Virus record (IMG/VR): IMGVR_UViG_3300003321_000657
DNA length: 64,000 nt
Direction: 5' to 3' (one strand)
From: an uncultured virus (IMG/VR IMGVR_UViG_3300003321_000657)
Lineage: Duplodnaviria; Heunggongvirae; Uroviricota; Caudoviricetes
Translations under genes and position numbers: made by a program
The notes under the pieces: model-generated
The model's input: only the letters and a program-made list of their open reading frames with translations
What the model was told of the DNA's origin: nothing
Database searches by the model: none
Part shown: in pieces, positions 36,542-46,834 of the stretch
Layout: each line of letters begins with the position of its first letter
Position numbering within the stretch: the stretch's first letter is position 1

Positions 36542-38169
36542 ACCCGGCAGCTCCTGACTGCGTCGACGACTTCGTCCACGCTCGGCAAGTAGTCGGCGAT
36601 ATTCTGACTTTCGCCGATGATCTCAGCGATCACCATCGGATGCGGATAGGTCGGCTTATACTTCGGGTACGGATTGCAGGTCAGCTTGTTCTGCACAGCG
36701 ATCGTGCGGTGATCGACGCGGCCTTTGCGGAATGGGAATACCAGCTCCGGCCGCTTGCAGGTGGCAATCATGACGATCCAGTTGTCGAAGGCTCCGGCCG
36801 CATGGACTGGGCTACTGTCGTTGGTCAGCAGGATCGGACACGTCTTAATCAGCCCGAACATGCCACCAAGCGACAGCTTGCCGCGAGTATCCACGCCGTT
36901 CTCCGGACAGTCGACCGGCAGCGAGCGGTGGTCGCCGAAGAGCACGACCGTGTAGTCGCGCGCCAGCTTATTGATGATCCGCTGCCACCAGTCTTTTGGA
37001 AACGTTTTCGAATTCCAACCAGTGCCAGCGTGGATAGCCAGCGGCGGTCGGACCGGCCTGCCGCCGAAGGCAGTCGTTTCGAAGCCAGCTTTTTTGAGCT
37101 CTTCCCAGTCCTCCTCCTTGACCTCCAGCTCGATCTGTTTCTTCTCGACCGGCAGGACATTGCGCAGCATGGCATAGGCCGCGAAGTCGTGATTGTGGAC
37201 GGCATGGTAGGGGAAGTACGTCCGCGTCTGACTGTCGTTCGGCGGATGCGTGGTCATTGCACAGAACGGCTTACCTTCGTCCATCTCGGCCACGCGATAG
37301 GTCACCTTGACATTCGGATAGCGCCGGAAGTGACTCAGGACGCGCGGGTATGCGGTCACGATCCGCCACAAGACGTTCGGATCGTTCTCGTACACCTCCT
37401 CGATCGCGTAGCGCATGACTGGCTCGGCTTCGATCACGTCGCCAATTCCGCCAGCCGCTTCGACGTAGATCCGCATTTGCGCCGGGGTCTTATTCTTCCA
37501 GCGGTCCAAGTCTTCCTTCATGCCTTCGGCGATGCGTGGGAAGTCGTTCGATCCGGCGAAGTGGATGATGTGAGCCGCGTGCCGTTCTTCGCCCGTCCAC
37601 GGATCTTGAATGGACATGCGGTTGAATTTGTATTCGAGGGAGAAGATCGGGATCTTGAACGCGTACGCGCGTGCGTTCAGTAGCGACTGCTCGTAGAAGT
37701 TGTCGACGATCTCATCCGGCCACGAAAACAGATCCTGATGCTGGCGCGAGACGACCATCACGCCACTGTTGAAATAGTTGCTGGCCTCTGGCGGCTTTTC
37801 CTTGTCGATCTCCAGCTTGTGGCGATCCAGTTCGATATACATCGCGCCCAGCCGCTCCGGCGCTACAAAGCCTTCGCAGTAGGCTCCGATATGAGTCTCC
37901 GGCACGAGCTCGAATAGATCCGGGCACGTCTCAGCATTGATCAGCGCATCATTATCGAGGAAGATGATGCGATCGAACTGGTCGAACCAGTGATGCAGGG
38001 CTTCAAACTTACACCACGGCACGCTATGCGGATAGTCCTCGCGCACCTGCGTCACTGCGAACTTCGCGCCGATGCGCTTGGCGTATGCCTTCATCTGCGG
38101 CTGCGTGATCTCGCCGATCATGCGATGATTCGCGCCGCCGACGAGAGTCAGAACCAGTTTCTTGCTCAC
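36538..38169 (-). CDS. Fused glycosyltransferase (GT-A/GT8-like + GT9-like)
   Basis: FLDND, FNSGVMV, EQSLLN and IIHFAG, followed by GGIGD...NDSSPVHAAGA. Confidence 0.85.
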   Translation of the reverse strand: MSKKLVLTLVGGANHRMIGEITQPQMKAYAKRIGAKFAVTQVREDYPHSVPWCKFEALHHWFDQFDRIIFLDNDALINAETCPDLFELVPETHIGAYCEGFVAPERLGAMYIELDRHKLEIDKEKPPEASNYFNSGVMVVSRQHQDLFSWPDEIVDNFYEQSLLNARAYAFKIPIFSLEYKFNRMSIQDPWTGEERHAAHIIHFAGSNDFPRIAEGMKEDLDRWKNKTPAQMRIYVEAAGGIGDVIEAEPVMRYAIEEVYENDPNVLWRIVTAYPRVLSHFRRYPNVKVTYRVAEMDEGKPFCAMTTHPPNDSQTRTYFPYHAVHNHDFAAYAMLRNVLPVEKKQIELEVKEEDWEELKKAGFETTAFGGRPVRPPLAIHAGTGWNSKTFPKDWWQRIINKLARDYTVVLFGDHRSLPVDCPENGVDTRGKLSLGGMFGLIKTCPILLTNDSSPVHAAGAFDNWIVMIATCKRPELVFPFRKGRVDHRTIAVQNKLTCNPYPKYKPTYPHPMVIAEIIGESQNIADYLPSVDEVVDAVRSCRV

Positions 38170-38828
38170 TTCTGGACCTCCTGATTGCGAAGTTTTGATT
38201 TCCAGTATCGATTCTTGGCAGTGAACGCTTGATCAACGCTAAGCTTCTGCCTGAACAGGCGATTCCAAAGAGTAACGACAGGCATGTGTAAAACACCAGC
38301 CCATTCAGAGAGACATTTTTTCTCTCCTCTGTACTCAATTATGATGTTGTCTCGCCTGTTTCTGTTCTGCTGAATCGATGTGGCCCAGCGCACATTTCCG
38401 GGCTCATAGTTTCCATCGTTATGAATCCGGTCAATCTTATGCTTTGAAGACGGACGATCTCCAAGATATTCAAAAATACCATTCATGTCGTGCATCCACG
38501 GTTCATATAGACGAATTCCACGTCCGCCGTAGTCCTTCCAGTTCTTATCATTTTGATTCGTACATCGAGATACTATAAGCCTCCATACTCCATACCTATA
38601 TGAAGATTTCGTATGGCGCCTTCCACTACCTTTGCACCCGCACGATTTACTGATCCCTCTTTTCAGATCGCCAGACTGCGATGTGGTCTCGCGACCGCAG
38701 TCGCAACGACATCGCCAACGCGCGTGACCGTGACTTTTACCGACGAATTCAATCACGGTTAGATATCCAAACCTTCGACCGGCAAGATCGACAAAGTTCG
38801 GACTATGCTCACCGATTCTCTGTGGCAT
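38166..38828 (-). CDS. HNH-type homing endonuclease
   Basis: DLAGRRFGYLTV, WRCRCDCG, YGGRGI, IDRIHNDGNYEPGNVRWAT; lower GC than its neighbours. Confidence 0.85.
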   Translation of the reverse strand: MPQRIGEHSPNFVDLAGRRFGYLTVIEFVGKSHGHARWRCRCDCGRETTSQSGDLKRGISKSCGCKGSGRRHTKSSYRYGVWRLIVSRCTNQNDKNWKDYGGRGIRLYEPWMHDMNGIFEYLGDRPSSKHKIDRIHNDGNYEPGNVRWATSIQQNRNRRDNIIIEYRGEKKCLSEWAGVLHMPVVTLWNRLFRQKLSVDQAFTAKNRYWKSKLRNQEVQK

Positions 38829-39402
38829 TTGTCTCCTCGACTTTACGCCGCAACCAATCCGGGAACGTATCTAATGCAAACTTCAGACGCCCGTTATGAA
38901 AATCTTCTCCGAAGAATTCTCCAACGCCTTCGTCCATGATCTGCGCCACGTACACTGGCCAAAGCTGCTGGGTGAAGCTCTCGGCCAGACGGCGGTAGAA
39001 TTTGTCGGAGACGACGTGCGGCTGGCCTTCCGGGTTCAGGGCCGAGACCTTCTGGTACTCCTCCTCGGTCTTGAACTGCGACCGCGGCGCCCAGTACGAT
39101 GTCACCTTGTAGTCCTTCATCTCCTTGAAGGTGACATCCGGCTGCCGTGCGTTGCCCGGGATGGCGAACTGGCGCACCAGAGACTTGAGCATGGTGAGCG
39201 TGTCGGCTTCGGCGATCAAGGCAGCCGCGTGCTTCATGCGGTATTTTTGCGGCGTGTCTAGTGCGACCAGCACCGGCCGGTCTACTGGCTGCGTCAGCTT
39301 TAACAGGGCGTCCTGTGCAACGTTGAGCATCATGAGCTCATAGCCGTCTTGAGAGTCTCTGATGCGCTGACTCAATTCTCCGAGTAGATCTTTGATCTCC
39401 AT
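38809..39402 (-). CDS. Hypothetical protein
   Basis: In-operon ORF with SD. Confidence 0.55.
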   Translation of the reverse strand: MEIKDLLGELSQRIRDSQDGYELMMLNVAQDALLKLTQPVDRPVLVALDTPQKYRMKHAAALIAEADTLTMLKSLVRQFAIPGNARQPDVTFKEMKDYKVTSYWAPRSQFKTEEEYQKVSALNPEGQPHVVSDKFYRRLAESFTQQLWPVYVAQIMDEGVGEFFGEDFHNGRLKFALDTFPDWLRRKVEETNATENR

Positions 39403-39865
39403 TTACCCTCCAGTAGTCGCGACGACGAATTCCACTTCCGAGAACATCTTCTTACACTTGGGACAGCGCAGGTTGTCGATTCCGAACACACGCTCGGTCT
39501 TTCGCCCTTCGGTCGGCAGGCCGGTCCGGTCGTACTTCAGCCGATCCATTGCCACGTAGATGGTGATGGAGCAGATGTACGTACGGCAGAAGGTACAGCG
39601 GATTTCCTTTTTCTGTTCGGCCATTGGTTCAAGTCCAGAGTTTGAGCACTCGGCACGGCAGCCAACAGGTAAATCCTTCGGGCGACTCAGCGTCAACATG
39701 GTCGATAATCCCCTTGTCTTCGCTAAACTCGCTGTCGTGCTTGAGGTGCCCTACGATCTCGTACCCTTCCGGCAGCGGCTCTAACAATTCGATGTCGTAC
39801 TTCGGCCAGAAGTAACAGCGGCTGATCTGGTAACGCCGCTCGCCGATGACCTTCCAAGTGAGCAT

Positions 39866-40378
39866 TTAAAGACTCTGTTCTGATGGCGGAGTTTTGATTC
39901 CGAGCTTCTCCTCTAAGCTCATAGGCATCGGCGGAAAGATGCAGAAGAAGCGAATGTCAGCGCAGCGCATTGAAGCGGCATCGCGCGGAGTCTTAGGACC
40001 GAGATCAATTTCATTTCCGGCCTGATCGACCACCTTCAATTCGCTTATCTCTTTTTCCTGTTCAGGCGTTCGCGGAGGAAACAGATAGCAAAGCTTCTTT
40101 TCGTGCATGCTCTCCAGCGTCTCGACGATCTGCGCAGACGTCAGATCGATGCCGGTCGTCATCTTGGTCCAATCCTGAATTTCGTTGACGACCATGCGAT
40201 TGTACGACGCGTCGAAGAACACTTGATCCATTTGCGACTTCCATGGTGTCTTCGGATCGGGCTTCAGCTTAGACTTATTGCCAAGCTCCCGCATCTGTTC
40301 GCGATAACAGATAGAGGCCCAGATGATTGCCTGCTCGTTCTCTGGAAGATCTGTAAATTTAAATGGGCGCGTCTCCAT
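39866..40378 (-). CDS. Hypothetical protein
   Basis: Start METRPF overlaps the upstream stop. Confidence 0.5.
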   Translation of the reverse strand: METRPFKFTDLPENEQAIIWASICYREQMRELGNKSKLKPDPKTPWKSQMDQVFFDASYNRMVVNEIQDWTKMTTGIDLTSAQIVETLESMHEKKLCYLFPPRTPEQEKEISELKVVDQAGNEIDLGPKTPRDAASMRCADIRFFCIFPPMPMSLEEKLGIKTPPSEQSL

Positions 40379-40692
40379 TACTTCAGCCTCCTCACCAAGT
40401 CGTACTTCCATGCCGTGTCGGCCGGGTGCACGATACACATCGCTCCACCATGCATCGTGTCGTTGATTAGCACGCGCGGATTCTGTACTTCGAACATGAT
40501 CTGAAACCCGCCGCCAAACTGAGACTGTAGGAACTGGATCAAGACTGAGTCGTGTGGGCGTGCTGTCGTAAAGATGAGCTGATGCCCGCGCCGCACACAC
40601 GCCTGCAATTCTTCGACAGCGCCGGGCAGAGGCGTGTTTGTGCCCCATTTCACCAGTGTCCCATCGCAGTCACAAAAAATAGCCGCCATCAC
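40378..40692 (-). CDS. HAD-superfamily phosphatase-like protein
   Basis: IFCDCDGTL motif I, FTTAR motif II, LIND. Confidence 0.75.
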   Translation of the reverse strand: MMAAIFCDCDGTLVKWGTNTPLPGAVEELQACVRRGHQLIFTTARPHDSVLIQFLQSQFGGGFQIMFEVQNPRVLINDTMHGGAMCIVHPADTAWKYDLVRRLK

Positions 40693-40940
40693 ACCCTCGC
40701 GTATCGATGTCCGTTAGCGACTTTAGTTACAAAGTGACGAGAAACGCCAAACTTCCTTCCGATCGCATCGTGAGTCAGCGTCGAATCCCGCACGAAGTCT
40801 GCGATAGCAAGATCCGTTGATCCTCACGGCTCGCTCATCTCGGTACTTGCGATAGATATTTCCATCCGTCCCGGCGTAGTAATCGCCCGGAATTGCGATC
40901 CGCCTCAGCCTGACTCTGTTTAGATTAACACGAAGAGGTT

Positions 40941-41540
40941 TCATTCGCGCGCCTCTCCCTTCCAGCGGTCCTCTTCGTCCATCTCCTGCTTTTGCTTGCG
41001 AAGGTGTCGGCGGATGACTTCCTGATCCTCTGGAAGCTTGGGACCGATGCCGTAACCGCAGTTGGTTTCCAGCACGAATTCGTCGATGAACTTTTCCGGC
41101 GCGCTCATGCGCTCGATCAGATCGCTGATGATCTTTTCGATCATGGCGTCGTCGAGCATGGTAATGTCGTGGATGGTCATGAATTTCTTACTGCGAAAGC
41201 TGTCCTTGATATCGAGGATGAAGTCAGCCATCACGTGTATGAACACGTTCTCCTTGCACACATTGGCCGGGAGCGGTGGAGACGCGCTGCTGCCCACGTC
41301 TACGGTCACGCTCGCGCCGCCGCCCAGAATCGTGTAGGCAGGTCGCGCGTAACCTTCTAGCTCACCAGCCATGGTGGCATAGACGCAGACGTCGACATGG
41401 AGATTCTTCTTCTCCGTGATTTCTGAAAATGTTTCCAAAATACGATCGCGCAGGGCGCGCACTTTTTCAGTGGCTGCCCTGAGAACTTTGTCGCGCATGC
41501 GATACTTGCCGCGTATGATCCGGAGCTGCTCGGAATCCAC
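40941..41540 (-). CDS. Hypothetical protein
   Basis: ORF with AGGAG SD. Confidence 0.5.
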   Translation of the reverse strand: MDSEQLRIIRGKYRMRDKVLRAATEKVRALRDRILETFSEITEKKNLHVDVCVYATMAGELEGYARPAYTILGGGASVTVDVGSSASPPLPANVCKENVFIHVMADFILDIKDSFRSKKFMTIHDITMLDDAMIEKIISDLIERMSAPEKFIDEFVLETNCGYGIGPKLPEDQEVIRRHLRKQKQEMDEEDRWKGEARE

Positions 41541-42265
41541 TACTTACTCCTTTAAGTCGTCGTCGCCGGGAGCAAAATTAGTAAGCTTGAACGGAGACAT
41601 GAACATTCCGCGGCTAAATCCAATGATCGGCGCGAACACAAGTCCTAACGTCCCATCAGAAACGAAAGCAAGCAGATAGCCGCTGTAAGCGCATTTGTCT
41701 GGACCATGCGCCACGTTGCGAAGGAGATTCCATGCCGATCGTTGTAAATCTTCGGCCGTTTTGTTCGAGCTTCGGCTTGACGTTTGAGTCTCCCCCTAAC
41801 TTATCGACAATCAGATCGCGACATGCACTGATGGTCTCCTTGTCTACTACAGGCTCGACCTTCGCTCGAATCTCCTCATAGCGTAGACATTCGTCGAGTA
41901 CATGCGTCCAATCAAAGCGACGCATGATCGTCTTCATCTGCGCAATCGCCTCGTTCCTCTCGACGTTCATTCGTCCTCTTCGGCCGCGTCCTTCATCGCC
42001 TTGGTCATGGCCTTGTACGCCTTGAGTAGTTGCTGATTGCCTTCAACGATCGCTTTCTGGCCTTCGATGATCATCCGGTTCTGGATCACAGTCGCCTGCA
42101 AGAGATCGTTCTGCTCGGCCATCAACTGCGGCAGTGTCGCCGACTGCTGGTACGGCTTCCCCTGCGGGTTCACGCGGTTGACCGTGAATTCCCGCGGCGG
42201 ACCCTCGCGCACCAATTGCGCGATGGTGTGCGCCATATTCTGGAAGAACTCGTCGAACGTCACGC

Positions 42266-44584
42266 TTACTCCTCGAAGATGGAGCGGATGGCGGCGATGA
42301 ATTTCGCGGCCTGACCTTCCTTGCCGCGGATCTTGATATCCAAGACCTTGAACACGTCTGGATCACAGACGTTGGCGATCATCTGGACGCGCTCGGAGTC
42401 GTTCTGAGCATTACGCAGAGCCTGCTTGAACGGACCGTTCCAAGTGGCCGCGGCCATCTCCGGCCACTCATGCTCGTCGATGTCGTCGTTCACGTCATCG
42501 ATCGCTTTCTGCATGGCGATCGTGACCCGTTCGCGCAGACGCTGGTACGCTTCCTGCTGTGCGGCCTGCTCGTCCTCGGGAGCCATCACCTGCTGAGGCT
42601 GTGACGGAGGTTCGGGTGGCGGAAGTGGCGCAGATGTCGGCGCTGGCGCAGGCTGACTTGGCGCCAGCGCCGGGGTCGGTTCGGTCAACTGCGTGACATC
42701 CACTTCAGCCTCTGAGCCGCCAGCGACTCCAGTGATCTCGGCGGCAATGTCAGCCTGTGCGGCCGCTTGCTGCTTGGCCGCTTCCTTCGCGGCTGCCTCT
42801 TCCGGATCGGTCGGCTTGACTGCGGCTTGAGCTGGCGCGGCCTGCGGCTTTGACTGCGGCTGTGGCTGCGCTTGCGGCCCTGCGACTGGGCGGATCACTT
42901 GCATGGTTCGACGCGGCGCCACGCTCGGAATACCGGAGCGCTGCGGGACCTGCTGCGGCTGCGGCCGCACCATCGGCATCATCTGCTGCTGTGGCTGGAC
43001 CTGTGGCTGGACCTGTGGCTGGACCTGCGGCAGTTGCGGCTGTATCTGACCGGCGAGCAATTGCTGTTGCTGCTGCTCGTAGAGCTGCGCCGCCCTTACC
43101 TGCTCTTCCTCAGTTGGATTGGCCTTGCCGAAGATTCTGCCAAGGAACTCCAGCGATTGCGGATTGGAGGCCACGGTGCCCAGCGCTTCCTTGACGATCG
43201 TCAGGAAGCCCTTGCCCAGATTTCCGATCACGCCGATCTTCGGATTCCACAGTTCGTCGGTCGGACCTTCTGGCGGGTTGGCCATGCGGTGCGCGTGCTC
43301 AGTCACCTTGCGGCCGTAGTCCATGACCTTGATCAGGGTGTCGAAGTTGCCCATGCCAGTCGGCTGCTGCTGACCTTTCATCACGGCCGCGATCAGTGTG
43401 TTGAACATGGCCATCTGCTGGGAATTGTCTTTGATCGCCACGCGCATGATATTTTCGGTCATCTGGCGCGACTGCTCTTGGCCGACCTTCACCAGCTCCA
43501 GCGCGTGATTGCCGTCATCCTTCTTCTGCGTCAGCGCAGGCAGGATTGACCCCAGCATCTGCGTGGTATTGTTGGCCATCGCCACGATCAGTTCCTTGGT
43601 ATTGTCTGGCGGCGGAGCCGGGCGGGAGATGTCTTTGAGCTGGTTGCCGAGATTGGTGGTGAGTTTCTCGATTGAGCTGGTGAGTGTATTCATCAGCTCT
43701 TTTTGCGCGGCCGCGGCCGCTTCGCGATCCTTCTCGATCTGGCGCTTGAGCTCGGCCATCTCCTTCTCGTGCTGGTTCTTGATCTCCAGCAACTTGATTT
43801 CGAGCGCCGATCCTTCCGATTTCTCGCCGCGCGCAGCTTTGAGCTTCGCTTCGAGCTCTGCCCTGCGCAGCTCCAGTTGCGCCGCTCGTTCGCACCGCTT
43901 GAACTCTGCCTCTTCCCGGCGAATGCGCGCGATCTCGCGCTTGGTTTCGCGGTTGTACTCCTCCTCTTCATTGTCGGTTTCGACCGGCAACTCCGGATCG
44001 ACCTTCTCTTCGTCGACGGCGCGTCCGTTTTTGTACGGGTACTCCTCCGGAGAAATAAAGATGTAGACCACTTTGCCGTTCTCGGAGTCATAGACCGGCG
44101 TGTGTCCATTCTTGAGACACGGCGCGATCTTGAAGTCTCCGCCGCCCCACAGCCGCGCAATGGCGTCACGCAGGTTGTCGAAAGGCATGCAGTCGAAGTT
44201 TTCGAGGAAGCCGGTTCTGACCATCTCGCCGCTGGCCAGTCTCTCGCCCTTCGGCAATCTGGATACGCGCAGCTCCCAGTCGATCGCTTCCGGCAGAATT
44301 GCAATCCGGTCGATGACCGTGCGCGCGCTTTCGTTGCGATCCTTTTTGACCTGAGCTACGCGCGGCGGCGGGCGGCGCACGGGAGGAGTGGCGCTGGCGT
44401 ACGGCCGCGGCGGATGCGTGATCTGTTCGATCGTCTGGACCATGGGCACACCGGCCGGAGTGGGTGTGTGTCCATTAGAGGTAGGCGGCGCGGGAGGGGC
44501 CGCGACAGCGACTTGCGTTTCCTGCTCTACCGGCTCTTCTTCGAATGTTTCTTCTGCAAAATCTTCAGGCGTGCTGTCTGGCAT
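42266..44584 (-). CDS. Large coiled-coil, Gln/Pro-rich protein (772 aa)
   Basis: First gene of the leftward unit; QPQV repeats; AGGAG SD. Confidence 0.7.
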   Translation of the reverse strand: MPDSTPEDFAEETFEEEPVEQETQVAVAAPPAPPTSNGHTPTPAGVPMVQTIEQITHPPRPYASATPPVRRPPPRVAQVKKDRNESARTVIDRIAILPEAIDWELRVSRLPKGERLASGEMVRTGFLENFDCMPFDNLRDAIARLWGGGDFKIAPCLKNGHTPVYDSENGKVVYIFISPEEYPYKNGRAVDEEKVDPELPVETDNEEEEYNRETKREIARIRREEAEFKRCERAAQLELRRAELEAKLKAARGEKSEGSALEIKLLEIKNQHEKEMAELKRQIEKDREAAAAAQKELMNTLTSSIEKLTTNLGNQLKDISRPAPPPDNTKELIVAMANNTTQMLGSILPALTQKKDDGNHALELVKVGQEQSRQMTENIMRVAIKDNSQQMAMFNTLIAAVMKGQQQPTGMGNFDTLIKVMDYGRKVTEHAHRMANPPEGPTDELWNPKIGVIGNLGKGFLTIVKEALGTVASNPQSLEFLGRIFGKANPTEEEQVRAAQLYEQQQQQLLAGQIQPQLPQVQPQVQPQVQPQQQMMPMVRPQPQQVPQRSGIPSVAPRRTMQVIRPVAGPQAQPQPQSKPQAAPAQAAVKPTDPEEAAAKEAAKQQAAAQADIAAEITGVAGGSEAEVDVTQLTEPTPALAPSQPAPAPTSAPLPPPEPPSQPQQVMAPEDEQAAQQEAYQRLRERVTIAMQKAIDDVNDDIDEHEWPEMAAATWNGPFKQALRNAQNDSERVQMIANVCDPDVFKVLDIKIRGKEGQAAKFIAAIRSIFEE

Positions 44585-44689
44585 GCGCGGCGTTCTCCTG
44601 CGAGTTTTCCAAGGCGGGCGGCAAGTTTTCGGTGTTCGCGAGTCGGCATTTTATACCAGAAACGTTTCCGTTTTCTTTCTGGCTGTGAA

Positions 44690-44812
44690 AGAGTACATAC
44701 TCTGCACGTCCTGTCAATAACAAAAACGTTTTCGAAATTTAATACGTGGGTTACAAAATAAAATGACCCACGTATATTTTACTGTTGACACCCGGCGCTC
44801 ACGCATTATCTT
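44690..44812. promoter_or_regulatory. Divergent sigma70-like promoters with an intervening inverted repeat
   Basis: Minus strand: TTGACA (44717-44712), 16 bp, TACTCT. Plus strand: TTGACA (44785), 16 bp, TATCTT. ATACGTGGGT-N14-ACCCACGTAT at 44742..44775. Confidence 0.7.
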
Positions 44813-44814
44813 TC

Positions 44815-45258
44815 ATGACTCATATGGCAAGAAACCAGTACAGCCACCGCCGCGAGGCGGAGACCACGACCCAGCGCGCCATGCTGATCCTGCTGGGCTT
44901 CACCAGCTTCCGGGATCTGGCGCGCGAATCTGGCGTGTCGCACTTGAGCGTGTCCGATCTGTTCTACAAGGCTAAGCGTCGTCACAAGCAATACAACATC
45001 TCTACCTTCTCTAAGATCTTCACCAGTCTGACCGAGCGGTATAACCGCGTCTATCCGCTCTTAGACGAAGCCGATCGCCGTTACGTGAAGTCGCGGATCT
45101 TGGAGTGGGCAGGCAACTGCGTCAAGCGGGATGTCAAAGTTTTCAACTTGGGAAAACGAAACTCGAACGTGAAGAAACAGCGCGCGCGGACAGAGAGAAA
45201 AGTGGCTGCGCGCCGGGCTCAGTACGCATCGATCGTAGAGGCATTCGCGAAACAATGA
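44815..45258 (+). CDS. Putative HTH transcriptional regulator
   Basis: SFRDLARESGVSHLSVSDLF helix-turn-helix; first rightward gene. Confidence 0.6.
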   Translation: MTHMARNQYSHRREAETTTQRAMLILLGFTSFRDLARESGVSHLSVSDLFYKAKRRHKQYNISTFSKIFTSLTERYNRVYPLLDEADRRYVKSRILEWAGNCVKRDVKVFNLGKRNSNVKKQRARTERKVAARRAQYASIVEAFAKQ

Positions 45259-45543
45259 CTATCACCGAAACATTTGAAACCTGCATGGCTGTCTACTTCT
45301 GTGCGGCCGCAATCGCAACATCGATCAAGTTGACTCAGGTCGCGCGGCAGGTCAAACGCCTGAAGACACTGGAAGCCGAGTACATGGCCAAGATGGATAA
45401 ACTGTTCGACGACGCCAAGGCCAAGGTTCAGCGCACTCAGTCTTTGATCAGCGCAGGCGATGGCGTGGTCTTGGCGATCGACGCGGAGGCTGTGGTTCGC
45501 TGTCCGTTTTGCAGGCATTCGGTCATGAAGGACGCTGTCTACA

Positions 45544-46560
45544 ATGATTGAATCTGAACTGCGCCAGCAGATCATCACTGGAACCGATGCGACTGCCATC
45601 TGCGGCATCAATGGCTTTCGCACTGAGGCTGACGTGTATCTTGCGAAGAAGTACCCGAGCAAGGTCACGCCGCCGACCGGAATTAAAAAGAAGATGCTGG
45701 AGATGGGGCTGCGCTATGAACCGATTATTGCTCAGATGTACGCAGAGCGCATGCACTGCTCCATCTACAAGCCATTACCACGAACTTTCCGCAGTGATAA
45801 AGTCGAGTGGATCGGCGGCAGCCCGGACTTTCTTTGGAAGGGACAGCGCAGAGGACTGGAGTGCAAGAAGGTCTCATCAGAGCGCTACTTTCATCAGAAG
45901 GGCGAATTCGGACCAGACGGCAGCGATCAGGTTCCGTACGAGTATCTTATCCAGTGTACACACTACATGATGCTGTGCGGCTTCACGGAGTGGGATCTGG
46001 CCGCGCTGATCGGCGATGCTGACTTCCGTGTGTACCGGCTCCATCTCGATAAAGAGCTCGCTGCCATGCTCCTCGGTAAAGAGGAGGCGTTCTATAATAA
46101 GTACATCGTCGGCGATGAAGAGCCGCGGTTCACGACCGAAGATCTGATGTCGCTCTTGAAGAAGAAGTATCCGACCCACGCGGAAAAGCGCGTGATCGAA
46201 GTTCATCCGACCGATCTAGAGCTCAAGACTGCAATCGAGAAGTTACTGCGCGCACGCGCCTTTGCGAAGGGTGCGGCCGACGCGCTGGATGAAGCCAAGA
46301 TCACGGTCATGAAGGAAATGGGCGACGCGGCCGAGCTGATCTGGGAGCGCTCTGACGAGAAGGATGCAAAGCCGCTCAAGATCATGTGGAAGAAAAACCG
46401 AGACGGCGTCAAGACGGACTGGAAGACGGTCGCTCTGCGCGCGCTTGATTTCGCGCCGCAAGATCAGCGCGAGAAGATCGTGAAAGAGCATTCTGAGCCA
46501 AAGCAGGGCGCGCGCGTGTTCAAGGTCTACGGCGAAGAAGATGAAGAGGGTCAGGACTGA
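45544..46560 (+). CDS. YqaJ-like viral recombinase/exonuclease
   Basis: ITGTDATAICG, GLRYEPII, GGSPD, LECK, QCTHYM. Confidence 0.88.
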   Translation: MIESELRQQIITGTDATAICGINGFRTEADVYLAKKYPSKVTPPTGIKKKMLEMGLRYEPIIAQMYAERMHCSIYKPLPRTFRSDKVEWIGGSPDFLWKGQRRGLECKKVSSERYFHQKGEFGPDGSDQVPYEYLIQCTHYMMLCGFTEWDLAALIGDADFRVYRLHLDKELAAMLLGKEEAFYNKYIVGDEEPRFTTEDLMSLLKKKYPTHAEKRVIEVHPTDLELKTAIEKLLRARAFAKGAADALDEAKITVMKEMGDAAELIWERSDEKDAKPLKIMWKKNRDGVKTDWKTVALRALDFAPQDQREKIVKEHSEPKQGARVFKVYGEEDEEGQD

Positions 46561-46834
46561 TGTCGGCGATTAAGGGATGGACCATTGTGGTCTACCGTGC
46601 TCAGGGAGGAATACATTCGACGCACTTCCACGCCGATGGTTCGATCGTTACTTTCTCCAATATCGAGGAGTATGCGAAGACGCTCAAAGAACAACCTGAC
46701 GTCGGACTCGTCGAGATCTACCGCACGGAGTACAGAGAGAGCGCGAAGGTAATGTGTGCGACCCTGTTGTCGCGATGGCAAAACGAAATTCTGATGCTGG
46801 GTCAACCGGCGATCAAACTCTAAGGAGGCAGGTC

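Noticed and set aside
42266..44584. Tail tape-measure protein or packaging ATPase
   Set aside because: No tail genes nearby and no Walker motifs.
266..44761. Long plus-strand ORFs in the left half, and minus-strand ORFs in the right half
   Set aside because: These are antisense shadows of GC-rich genes with no recognisable motifs.
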